A stretch of 24,434 nucleotides of DNA from positions 1 through 24,434 of the forward strand of contig CAZPQW010000036.1 of assembly GCA_964588985.1 (NCBI GenBank), in the 5' to 3' direction. Each line of letters begins with the position of its first letter. The first letter of the stretch is position 1. Position numbers and translations under genes: made by a program. A model generated the notes under the pieces. It was not told the origin of the DNA. It worked only from the letters and a program-made list of their open reading frames with translations, and did no database searches. Below are positions 7,957-16,286 of this stretch, piece by piece. The stretch comes from an uncultured Solirubrobacteraceae bacterium. Its GTDB lineage: Bacteria; Actinomycetota; Thermoleophilia; Solirubrobacterales; Solirubrobacteraceae.

Positions 7957-8037
7957 ATGGACGCCGTAGCGATAGTTCTCGGGATCGTCTCCTTCCTGCT
8001 CCTGCTGTGGATGATCGAGGGGGTCGACCGGATATGA
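7957..8037 (+). CDS. 26-aa single-TM peptide heading the kdp operon (MDAVAIVLGIVSFLLLLWMIEGVDRI)
   Basis: Hand-translated, below the ORF-track cutoff. Hydrophobic core. Its TGA overlaps the ATG of kdpF (ATGA 8034-8037). Confidence 0.7.
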   Translation: MDAVAIVLGIVSFLLLLWMIEGVDRI

Positions 8038-8162
8038 GCATCTCGCTTCCCCTGGCCTTCTTCGTGGCGCACATGAGCGGAGCCGACTTCTTCGGTCTCG
8101 TCGTCTCGGTGCTGGTGATCGCCTACCTCTTCTATGCGCTGATCCGCGGGGAGAAACTCTGA
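8034..8162 (+). CDS. kdpF: K+-transporting ATPase subunit F (42 aa, or 29 aa from ATG 8073)
   Basis: Hand-translated ...FGLVVSVLVIAYLFYALIRGEKL matches the KdpF YLxYALxRxEK pattern. Ends 1 nt before kdpA. Confidence 0.88.
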   Translation: MSISLPLAFFVAHMSGADFFGLVVSVLVIAYLFYALIRGEKL

Positions 8163-8163
8163 G

Positions 8164-9936
8164 ATGACATTCGCTGGTTGGATGACGATCATCCTGTTCG
8201 CGGTGGTCTTGACGGCGCTCGCGATGCCGCTGGGCACGTACATGTCGCGGGTGTACACCGGCAAGCGGGTGTTCCTCTCGCCAATCTTCGGTGGTCCCGA
8301 GCGGTTCCTATACGCGGTCTTGAGGGTTGACCCGAAGCGCGAGCAGGACTGGAAGTCCTACGCGAAAAGCCTTTTGATCTTCTCGCTCGCGGGTTGGCTT
8401 CTGCTGTATCTCATCCTGCGCACGCAGAACGCGTTCTTCGTGCCTCATGCGTTGAACCCGTTGGGTTACCACTCGGCGCCGTGGAACGTAACGTTCAACA
8501 CGACATCGTCGTTCTTGACGAACACGAACTGGCAGTACTACAGCGGCGAGACGACGATGAGCTACCTCAGCCAGATGATCGGGCTGACGGTTCAGAACTG
8601 GCTCTCGGCGGGCGTCGGCATCGTCGTGGCGGTCGCCCTGATCCGCGGGATCGTGGGGCGCACCGGCAAGAGCCTCGGCAACTTCTGGCAGGACCTGGTG
8701 CGCACGATCCTGTACGTGATGGCGCCGATCTCGATCATCGGGGCGCTCGTGCTGGTCTCCCAGGGCGTGATCCAGAACTTCACCACGTACCTGACGGCTC
8801 ACACGCTCACCGGACTGACGCAGTCGATCGCGATGGGTCCGGTCGCCTCCCAAGAGGTCATCAAGGAGCTCGGCACGAACGGTGGCGGGTTCTTCAACGT
8901 CAACTCGGCGCACCCGTTCGAGAACCCCACAGCTTTCACCAACTTCTTCGAGATGCTGCTCGTGCTGATCATCCCGGCGGCGCTCGTGTTCACCTACGGC
9001 CGCATGGCGGGCAATCGCCGTCAGGGTTACGCGATCTACGGCGTGATGATCGTGATGTTCCTCGGCGCCGCGTCGGTCGCCTACATCGCCGAGGCGCACG
9101 GCTCCCCGGCGCAGCACGCGGCCGGCCTGCACACGCACGTGATCTCCGGATCGACCGGCGGGAACATGGAAGGCAAGGAGCAGCGCTTCGGGATCGCGGG
9201 CTCTGCGCTGTTCGATGTGGTCACCACGGTCACCTCGTGCGGCGCGGTGAACAGCGCGATCGAGTCCTTCACGGGCATCGGCGGGGCGGTGCCGATGGCG
9301 AACCTGTCGGCGAGCGAGGTGATCTTCGGTGGAACCGGGACGGGCTTGTACTCGATGCTCCTGTACGTGCTGCTGGCGGTGTTCATCGGCGGGCTGATGG
9401 TGGGCCGCACGCCGGAGTGGCTGGGTAAGAAGCTCGAGGCGCGGGAGATCAAGCTCGCCGGCCTGGGAATCCTGATCACACCGTTGGCGGCGCTGTTCTG
9501 CACCGCGATGGCGACCGCGAGCCACGCCGGCCGCGCGTCGATCTCCGAACTTGGCAAGGGTCCGCAGGGGTTCTCAGAGACCTTCTACGCATACCTCTCA
9601 CAGGCGAACAACAACGGCTCTGCGTTCGCCGGCTACACGGGCTTCATCCAGCCGAACGCAGGCAACGTGGGCTCACACGGTGTGACGTTCGCCGACCTGC
9701 TCGGCGGCTTCGACATGCTGTTCGCCCGCTACGCCCCGATCCTCTTTGCTCTTGCTGTGGCCGGTGCCCTCGCGGGCAAGCGCGTCACCCCCGCGGGCCT
9801 CGGCACGATGCGCACCGACAACCCCACGTTCGCGATCCTGCTGATCGGCGTGGTGATCCTCGTCGGCGCGCTCACCTTCTTCCCCGCCCTGCTGCTCGGC
9901 CCGGTCGTGCAGGGCCTGACCGGACACCTCTACTGA
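8164..9936 (+). CDS. kdpA: K+-transporting ATPase subunit A
   Basis: Filter motifs TNTNWQ, KELGTNGGG, SCGAVN, NNNGSAF. Also NSAHPFENP, MEGKEQRFG, GLMVGRTPE, GALTFFPAL.LGP. Confidence 0.98.
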   Translation: MTFAGWMTIILFAVVLTALAMPLGTYMSRVYTGKRVFLSPIFGGPERFLYAVLRVDPKREQDWKSYAKSLLIFSLAGWLLLYLILRTQNAFFVPHALNPLGYHSAPWNVTFNTTSSFLTNTNWQYYSGETTMSYLSQMIGLTVQNWLSAGVGIVVAVALIRGIVGRTGKSLGNFWQDLVRTILYVMAPISIIGALVLVSQGVIQNFTTYLTAHTLTGLTQSIAMGPVASQEVIKELGTNGGGFFNVNSAHPFENPTAFTNFFEMLLVLIIPAALVFTYGRMAGNRRQGYAIYGVMIVMFLGAASVAYIAEAHGSPAQHAAGLHTHVISGSTGGNMEGKEQRFGIAGSALFDVVTTVTSCGAVNSAIESFTGIGGAVPMANLSASEVIFGGTGTGLYSMLLYVLLAVFIGGLMVGRTPEWLGKKLEAREIKLAGLGILITPLAALFCTAMATASHAGRASISELGKGPQGFSETFYAYLSQANNNGSAFAGYTGFIQPNAGNVGSHGVTFADLLGGFDMLFARYAPILFALAVAGALAGKRVTPAGLGTMRTDNPTFAILLIGVVILVGALTFFPALLLGPVVQGLTGHLY

Positions 9937-9937
9937 C

Positions 9938-10600
9938 ATGAAGCGCGACATCGTCACCTCAGTCATCGGCATGATCGTCCTCACGATCCTGCTCGGCCTG
10001 GTTTACCCGCTCGTGATCACGGGCGTCAGCCAGGTCGCGTTCTCCGGCAACGCGAACGGCCAGAAGATCTACGTAAACGGCAAGCTCGTCGGCTCGAAGA
10101 TCATCGGGCAAAGCTTCAAGGCGCCGGTGATCGGCAAGAACGGCAAGCCGAAGGAAGAAGAAGAAGAACTGGTTACCGAAGCGGACCCGCGCTACTTCCA
10201 GTCGCGGCCCTCCGCCACCGAAGGCGGCGCTTACAACGCGGCGGCGAGCACGTTCTCAAACCGTGGCCCCAATGACCTGGCGACAAAGGAAGCGGACGAA
10301 GAAAACATCAAGGAATACCTCGAACTGAACAAGCCCTACGACGCTTCCCTTACCGTCGCCCAGATTCCGGTGGACGCGGTGAACACGTCCGCGTCGAACC
10401 TCGACCCTGAAATCTCACAGGCCAACGCGTGGATTCAGGCGCACCGCATCGCTGCCAAGCGCGGGCTGTCGCTGAGCACGGTCGACGGGCTGATCTCCAA
10501 GTACACCTCGGGCCGTGGGCTCGGATTCTCCGGCGAGCAGGGTGTGAACGTGCTCGAGCTGAACCTTGCCCTCGACCGCCTCACAGGAGGAGCACACTGA
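9938..10600 (+). CDS. kdpC: K+-transporting ATPase subunit C
   Basis: [52 protein letters not shown]. Confidence 0.95.
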   Translation: MKRDIVTSVIGMIVLTILLGLVYPLVITGVSQVAFSGNANGQKIYVNGKLVGSKIIGQSFKAPVIGKNGKPKEEEEELVTEADPRYFQSRPSATEGGAYNAAASTFSNRGPNDLATKEADEENIKEYLELNKPYDASLTVAQIPVDAVNTSASNLDPEISQANAWIQAHRIAAKRGLSLSTVDGLISKYTSGRGLGFSGEQGVNVLELNLALDRLTGGAH

Positions 10601-12684
10601 TGTCCGCGCAGGTTCCGGCAACCCACGAGCGCCAGGCGGTCTCGCTGTTCCAGGGCGACATCGTCCGCCGCGCCCTGATCGACAGCTTCAAGAAGCTCGA
10701 CCCGCGAGTGCAGGTGCACAACCCTGTGATGTTCGTGGTGGAGATCGGCTCGGTCATCACGACCGTCACGTGGCTGATCCAGGCGTTTGGCGGCAAACCG
10801 CTCGGTGGCGGCAACGAGCCCGCCTGGTACACGTTCCTGATCGCGATCTGGCTGTGGCTGACGGTGGTGTTCGCGAACATGGCCGAGGCGTTCGCCGAGG
10901 GACGCGGCCGCGCACAGGCAGACACGCTGCGCGCGATGCGCAAGGAGACGGTCGCGAAGATGCGCGACGGCTCGACCAAGGCAGCCGCGGAGCTGACGCG
11001 CGGCGACGTGGTGGTCGTGACCGCGGGCGAGCTTATCCCCGGCGACGGCACCGTCATCGAGGGCATCGCCACAGTCGACGAGTCCGCGATCACCGGCGAG
11101 TCCGCTCCGGTCATCAGGGAGTCCGGCGGCGACCGCAGCGCGGTGACGGGCGGCACGCGTGTGACCTCTGACGAGGTCGTGGTGGAAATCACCCAGGAGC
11201 CCGGCCAATCCTTCCTGGACCGCATGATCACGCTCGTGGAGGGCGCCGAGCGGCGCAAGACCCCGAACGAGGTCGCGCTCAACATCCTGCTCGCGGCGCT
11301 CACGCTGATCTTCATGATCGTGGTCGTCACGCTGCGCCCGTTCGGCCTGTTCTCGGGAACGTCGGTGTCCGAGACGACGCTGATCGCGCTGCTCGTCGCG
11401 CTGATCCCGACCACCATCGGTGCTCTCTTGAGCGCGATCGGCATCGCGGGCATGGACCGGCTCGTGCGCCGCAACGTGCTCGCCCTGTCCGGCCGCGCGG
11501 TCGAGGCCTCGGGCGACATCGACGTGCTGCTGCTCGACAAGACCGGCACCATCACGATCGGCAACCGGCTCGCCTCGGAGTTCGTGCCGATGCCCGGTGT
11601 CGCGGAGTCCGAGCTCGCGGAGGTCGCGCAGCTCGCGTCGCTCGCGGACGAGACCCCAGAGGGCCGCTCGATCGTGGTGCTCGCGAAGCAGTACGGCATC
11701 CGCGAGCACGACATGAACACGCTGCACGCCGAGTTCGTGCCGTTCACCGCGCAGACGCGGATGAGCGGCGTGGACATCGATGGCCAGCAGCTGCGCAAGG
11801 GCGCGGGCGACTCGATCATCGAGCTGGTGACCCGCGAAGGCGGCTCGCCCCCACCGGAGTTGCAGGCCGCACTGGACCGCATTGGCAACGAGGGCGGCAC
11901 CCCGCTGGCGGTCTCCCGCGACAGCCAGGTGCTCGGCGTGGTCTACCTCAAGGACACGATCAAGGAGGGCATGAAGGCCCGCTTCGACCAGCTGCGCGCG
12001 ATGGGCATCAAAACGATCATGGTCACGGGCGACAACCGTCTCACAGCCGCCAAGATCGCCCAGGAGTCCGGCGTTGACGACTTCCTCGCGGAAGCCACCC
12101 CCGAGCGCAAGCTCGCGCTGATCCGCGAACACCAGCAGGACGGGCGCCTTGTCGCGATGACCGGCGACGGCACCAACGACGCCCCCGCGCTCGCGCAGGC
12201 CGACGTCGGCGTCGCGATGAATACCGGCACCCAAGCAGCAAGAGAGGCCGGGAACATGGTCGACCTCGACTCCAACCCGACGAAGCTGATCGAGATCGTC
12301 GAGGTCGGCAAGCAACTGCTGATCACCCGCGGCGCCCTCACCACCTTCTCGATCGCGAACGACGTGGCGAAGTACTTCGCGATCCTCCCCGCGGTCTTCA
12401 TCTCCACATACGCGGCCACTCCCGGGGGTCAGGGGCCTCTGCACGTGCTCAACATCATGGGTCTCGGCACCCCGCGCAGCGCGATCGTCTCGGCGATCAT
12501 CTTCAACGCGGTCGTGATCCCGCTGCTGATCCCGCTGTCGCTGCGAGGGGTCCGCTACCGGCCGATCGGAGCGAGCGCGCTGCTGCGACGCAACCTCCTG
12601 ATCTACGGCCTCGGCGGGATCATCGCCCCCTTCATCGGCATCAAGCTGATCGACCTGATCGTGCACAACCTGCTCGGCGGCTGA
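10600..12684 (+). CDS. kdpB: K+-transporting P-type ATPase subunit B (694 aa)
   Basis: ATG 10600 (TGATG overlap, AGGAGG RBS). [49 protein letters not shown]. Confidence 0.98.
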   Translation: MSAQVPATHERQAVSLFQGDIVRRALIDSFKKLDPRVQVHNPVMFVVEIGSVITTVTWLIQAFGGKPLGGGNEPAWYTFLIAIWLWLTVVFANMAEAFAEGRGRAQADTLRAMRKETVAKMRDGSTKAAAELTRGDVVVVTAGELIPGDGTVIEGIATVDESAITGESAPVIRESGGDRSAVTGGTRVTSDEVVVEITQEPGQSFLDRMITLVEGAERRKTPNEVALNILLAALTLIFMIVVVTLRPFGLFSGTSVSETTLIALLVALIPTTIGALLSAIGIAGMDRLVRRNVLALSGRAVEASGDIDVLLLDKTGTITIGNRLASEFVPMPGVAESELAEVAQLASLADETPEGRSIVVLAKQYGIREHDMNTLHAEFVPFTAQTRMSGVDIDGQQLRKGAGDSIIELVTREGGSPPPELQAALDRIGNEGGTPLAVSRDSQVLGVVYLKDTIKEGMKARFDQLRAMGIKTIMVTGDNRLTAAKIAQESGVDDFLAEATPERKLALIREHQQDGRLVAMTGDGTNDAPALAQADVGVAMNTGTQAAREAGNMVDLDSNPTKLIEIVEVGKQLLITRGALTTFSIANDVAKYFAILPAVFISTYAATPGGQGPLHVLNIMGLGTPRSAIVSAIIFNAVVIPLLIPLSLRGVRYRPIGASALLRRNLLIYGLGGIIAPFIGIKLIDLIVHNLLGG

Positions 12685-12725
12685 GCGGCCAGCCCGCCGC
12701 ACGAGCTCTCCTCCGCACGCTCGCT

Positions 12726-13856
12726 GTGTCCACCGATCGGCAGCGCGGCCAGCTGAAGATCTTCATCGGCATGGCCGCCGGTGTCGGCAAGACGTACCGC
12801 ATGCTGCTCGAGGGCCACGCGGAGCAGGAGGCGGGTCGCGACGTGGCGATCGGACTGCTCGAGACCCACGGTCGCGCCGACACCGCCCGAATCGCGGACG
12901 GACTGCCGCTGGTGCCACGCCAGCGCGTGCGCTACCGCGAGGCGGTGCTCGAGGAGATGGACCTCTCGGCGATTCTGCAACGTGCGCCCGAGCTGTGTCT
13001 GATCGACGAGCTGGCCCACACAAACGCTCCCGGCAGCGAGCACGCGAAGCGCTACGAGGACGTCGAGCGGGTGCTGGCGGCCGGCATCGACGTGCTCTCG
13101 ACGCTGAACGTCCAGCACCTCGAGTCGCTCAACGACCACATCACCGAGCTGAGCGGCATCCGCGTGCGCGAGACGATCCCCGACGCGATCCTCGCGCGCG
13201 CGGACGAGGTCGTGCTGATCGACCTCACGCCCGAGGCGCTGCTCGACCGCCTGCGCGCTGGCAAGGTGTATGCGCCCGAGCGGATCGACGCGGCCCTGAA
13301 CAACTTCTTCCGGATCGAGAACCTCGCCGCGCTGCGCGAGGTCTCGCTTCGCCAGGTCGCGGAGAAGGTGGGAGCCAAGCGCCTCACCACCGAGCTCGTC
13401 GGCTCCCGCCAAGAGAGCATCGCGGCGGAGGCTCCGTTAGCGGTCGGCGAGCGCCTGCTCGCGCTCGTCGAGCCCTACCCGGGCGCTCAGCGTCTCGTGC
13501 GCCGCGCGTGGCGCTCTGCGCAGCGCCTCGGGGCAGAGCTTGACCTCCTGTGGATACGCGCGCCGGGTCAGACCCTGTCAGAGGACGAGGAGCGCTCGCT
13601 CGCCGCGCTGCGACAGCTTGGGTCGGTGCTCGGGGCGAGGATGCTCGAGGAGGAGGGTGACGAGCTGGCCGCGGCGATCGTGGAGGTCGCCTCGCGGCGC
13701 GGGACCACCTACATCCTGATCGGCGGCTCGCGACCGGCGCGCGGTCTCGCGCGCCTGCGTGTGCCGCTGCCTCAGCGGCTGATGCAGCTGCTGCCCGGCG
13801 TCGACGTACGGATCGTCGCCGATCGCGGCCAACGATCGAACGGAGAGACGTCATGA
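12726..13856 (+). CDS. stand-alone KdpD N-terminal domain + Usp-like domain protein, copy 1
   Basis: LKIFIGMAAGVGKTY (Walker A-like), ETHGR, DELAHTN, KRYEDV, NVQHLESLND, RETIPD, RLRAGKVY, then a Usp-like domain. No TM or kinase domain. Confidence 0.92.
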   Translation: MSTDRQRGQLKIFIGMAAGVGKTYRMLLEGHAEQEAGRDVAIGLLETHGRADTARIADGLPLVPRQRVRYREAVLEEMDLSAILQRAPELCLIDELAHTNAPGSEHAKRYEDVERVLAAGIDVLSTLNVQHLESLNDHITELSGIRVRETIPDAILARADEVVLIDLTPEALLDRLRAGKVYAPERIDAALNNFFRIENLAALREVSLRQVAEKVGAKRLTTELVGSRQESIAAEAPLAVGERLLALVEPYPGAQRLVRRAWRSAQRLGAELDLLWIRAPGQTLSEDEERSLAALRQLGSVLGARMLEEEGDELAAAIVEVASRRGTTYILIGGSRPARGLARLRVPLPQRLMQLLPGVDVRIVADRGQRSNGETS

Positions 13857-14422
13857 GTGTCTTCACGATCATCGCGATCGCCGCCGGTGGCATGCTGCTC
13901 GGAATCGCGGCGGGATACTGGCTGCCTCCGCACGGGCGCCGCCCGAAGGCGGAGCGTCCGGAGGTCGTTCGTCGCATCCTGCTGCCGTTCACCGGCGAGG
14001 CGATCTCCCGCCGTTCGTTCGAGGCCGCGGTTCGCCTCGCCAGGGCGGAGCACGCGATCATCATGCCCGCGTTCCTCGCGCAGGTGCCGATGAGCCTCCC
14101 GCTCGAATCCGCGCTGCCGATGCAGTGCGCCCGCGGCATGCCGCTGCTCGAGGCGATCGAGCAGCGCGCCGCCACACAGGGCGTCGCGGTGGACTCTCGG
14201 GTGGGTCGCGGGCGCTCCGCTCGCGACGCGCTGCGCAGGCTGCTCGAGCAGGAGCACTTCGACCGCATCATCGTCTCCGCCGACGAAGACCCCCGGGTGG
14301 GGTTGAGCTACGAGGACCTGCGCTGGCTGCTGGAGCGGGTGCCGGCGGAGATCCTGATCCTCCGCCCCGCCCCGGCGGACACCAGGCAGATCTCCAAGGA
14401 CGCGGTCCATGGTCACTTCTGA
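13853..14422 (+). CDS. universal stress protein (Usp-like) with N-terminal membrane anchor
   Basis: Hydrophobic N-terminus, RRILLPFTG...AVRLA, FDRIIV, LLERVPAEILILRP Usp pattern. ATGA-coupled to the upstream gene. Confidence 0.8.
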   Translation: MSVFTIIAIAAGGMLLGIAAGYWLPPHGRRPKAERPEVVRRILLPFTGEAISRRSFEAAVRLARAEHAIIMPAFLAQVPMSLPLESALPMQCARGMPLLEAIEQRAATQGVAVDSRVGRGRSARDALRRLLEQEHFDRIIVSADEDPRVGLSYEDLRWLLERVPAEILILRPAPADTRQISKDAVHGHF

Positions 14423-14427
14423 TTCAC

Positions 14428-14493
14428 CTTCACGAAATCGTTATGGGCGTAGGCCGATTCGTGATGTGGGCGTAACTGGGGCGGTGGAACACT
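14428..14493 (+). promoter_or_regulatory. second copy of the kdp-operon promoter module
   Basis: 33/49 ungapped identity of 14428-14476 to 7884-7932, including exact ACGAAATCGTTAT. AACACT lies at the same offset as AATAGT. Confidence 0.65.
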
Positions 14494-14533
14494 GAATTCA
14501 CCCTCATCCGAGTTTGAGTTCAAGGAGGTAGTC

Positions 14534-15061
14534 ATGCAGGTTCAAGGTCGTAGTGAGAGGTTCGTATCGCTCCAAGCCCCGGCGATTCCCCTTGACGATC
14601 GATCGGGGCCGGCAGGCCCTTCGACGGCGCTCCGCGCGAGGGTGTACATGACGCGCGGAAAACTCGACCGCGAGATTGCCGACGGGCGCCTGTGCGAGTC
14701 CTCGGCCCAGCTCGCGCTGCGTTCACGCCAGCTCGTCAGCCCGCGTGAGCGCCGGCAGCTGGCCCGTGACCTTCGTGGGGCTGTCGCGTACGTCGATCGC
14801 ATGGACTCGCGGCCGACGATCTCGGCTGTCGTGATCGATCGCGGGGCGGTGCGCTCCGCTCGGCAGGCGATCGTGAGGCTTGCGGAACGCCTCGAGGGAT
14901 GGGCCCCGGTCAGCCCCCGAGGGGTGGCTCTCGTGAGCGTGCTCCTCACCGACGGTCTCAGCCCATTGTTCAACGCGAACAGCGAGCAGAGCGCGATCGA
15001 GGCGATTTGGGAGATCGACGACGCGCTCGAGGTGAGCGCGTTCGATCCCGTCATCGGCTAG
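14534..15061 (+). CDS. hypothetical cytoplasmic protein (175 aa)
   Basis: Strong RBS AAGGAGG (14522-14528) before ATG. The stop overlaps the convergent antiporter stop (CTAG). Confidence 0.8.
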   Translation: MQVQGRSERFVSLQAPAIPLDDRSGPAGPSTALRARVYMTRGKLDREIADGRLCESSAQLALRSRQLVSPRERRQLARDLRGAVAYVDRMDSRPTISAVVIDRGAVRSARQAIVRLAERLEGWAPVSPRGVALVSVLLTDGLSPLFNANSEQSAIEAIWEIDDALEVSAFDPVIG

Positions 15062-16260
15062 CGCTGCTGCCGGCTCGTCATCCAGTTCGTGCCGGGCGTG
15101 TCGCTCAGCCCGTGCACGAGGATGGAGGCGAACACGGCGAGGGCGGCGATGTTGAAGATCCGCGCGCCGGCTTCGACCTGGCGCGCGAGGATCAGCAGCG
15201 AGAAGGCCATCGTGGCGACGCCCTTCGGCCCGAACCAGGCCATGAACGCCTTGTTGACGGAGCTGATGCGCGTGCCCGCGAGCGCGAGCCAGATCGCGAG
15301 CGGTCGCGCGAGCAGGAAAGTGGCGGCGACGACCGCGACGGCCGCCCAGCCGTCGGCGAACAGGCCGTGGATGGTGAGCAGCGATCCGAACACGGCGAAG
15401 ATCGCGAGCTTGACGATCTCGACGACCTCCTGGGCACGCTCGGCGAAGTGCCGGCGCAGGTCCGGTCGGCGGATGCCGAGCACGATCGCGGCGACGAACA
15501 CCGCGATGAAACCGTTGCCGTGCGGCGGCAGGACCGTGAGCCCGTAGGTGGCGAACGCCACGCCGAGCCCATACAGCGCCTTCTGGTGGGCGGGGATCGG
15601 GCGGTCGAGGTGCTCGCTGCTGGAGCGCGGCATCAACAGCGAGGCGAGCAGTCCGCAGACGATGCCGAAGGCGAAGCCCAAACCGACGTCCTGCAGCACG
15701 AAGTGCCACCACACGAAGTGCCCCCGGCCGGGTTCCAGGGCGGCGGCGAACGCGAGCACGGCGGGCAGCGCGAGGCCGTCGTTGAGGCCGGACTCGAGGT
15801 TGAGCGAGTGACGCACGACGCTCGGCACACGCGGGTCGGTGACGACCCCCGATGAGAGCACGGGATCTGTCGGGGAGAGCAGTGCTCCGAGCAGGAACGA
15901 CTCGCTCCAGGTGAGGCCGACGAGCCAGCGCGCGAGCAGCGCGACGATCACCGCGGTGATCGGCATCGCGACGACGAGCTTGCGCAGCGGCAGCTGCCAG
16001 TGGCGCTGCAGCAGCTCGCCCTCGACCTCGAGGCCGTCGCGGAACAGGATCACGATCAGCGCGACCGTGGCGAGGTCTTTGACGAAGCCGGAGCCGGCTT
16101 TGAAGTGCAGCACGCCGGTTGCGCCGTTGCCGAGCACGAACCCGGCGAGCACGAACAGCGCGGTCAGCGAGAGCATGCTGCGTCGCGCGAGGCCCGAGAG
16201 CAGCGATCCGACCATCAGCAGCCCACCGAGCACGGCCGCGCCCGTCTCAAAGGAGGTCAC
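15058..16260 (-). CDS. NhaP-type (CPA1) cation:proton antiporter, membrane domain only
   Basis: Polytopic, with ILFRDG, GALLSPTDPV, ESGLNDG, WFGPKG, SILVHG. Start is GTG 16260 (alternative TTG 16287). Confidence 0.9.
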   Translation of the reverse strand: MTSFETGAAVLGGLLMVGSLLSGLARRSMLSLTALFVLAGFVLGNGATGVLHFKAGSGFVKDLATVALIVILFRDGLEVEGELLQRHWQLPLRKLVVAMPITAVIVALLARWLVGLTWSESFLLGALLSPTDPVLSSGVVTDPRVPSVVRHSLNLESGLNDGLALPAVLAFAAALEPGRGHFVWWHFVLQDVGLGFAFGIVCGLLASLLMPRSSSEHLDRPIPAHQKALYGLGVAFATYGLTVLPPHGNGFIAVFVAAIVLGIRRPDLRRHFAERAQEVVEIVKLAIFAVFGSLLTIHGLFADGWAAVAVVAATFLLARPLAIWLALAGTRISSVNKAFMAWFGPKGVATMAFSLLILARQVEAGARIFNIAALAVFASILVHGLSDTPGTNWMTSRQQR

Positions 16261-16286
16261 TGCGGTAGCGTCCCACAGGTTGCCCA

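Noticed and set aside
10435-12702. 755-aa antisense ORF and similar long shadow ORFs (1061-2320, 8308-9525, 16257-17627, 17512-18525, 22058-23476)
   Set aside because: They mirror well-supported genes on the other strand. They are expected from stop-codon scarcity in high-GC DNA and have no recognisable motifs.
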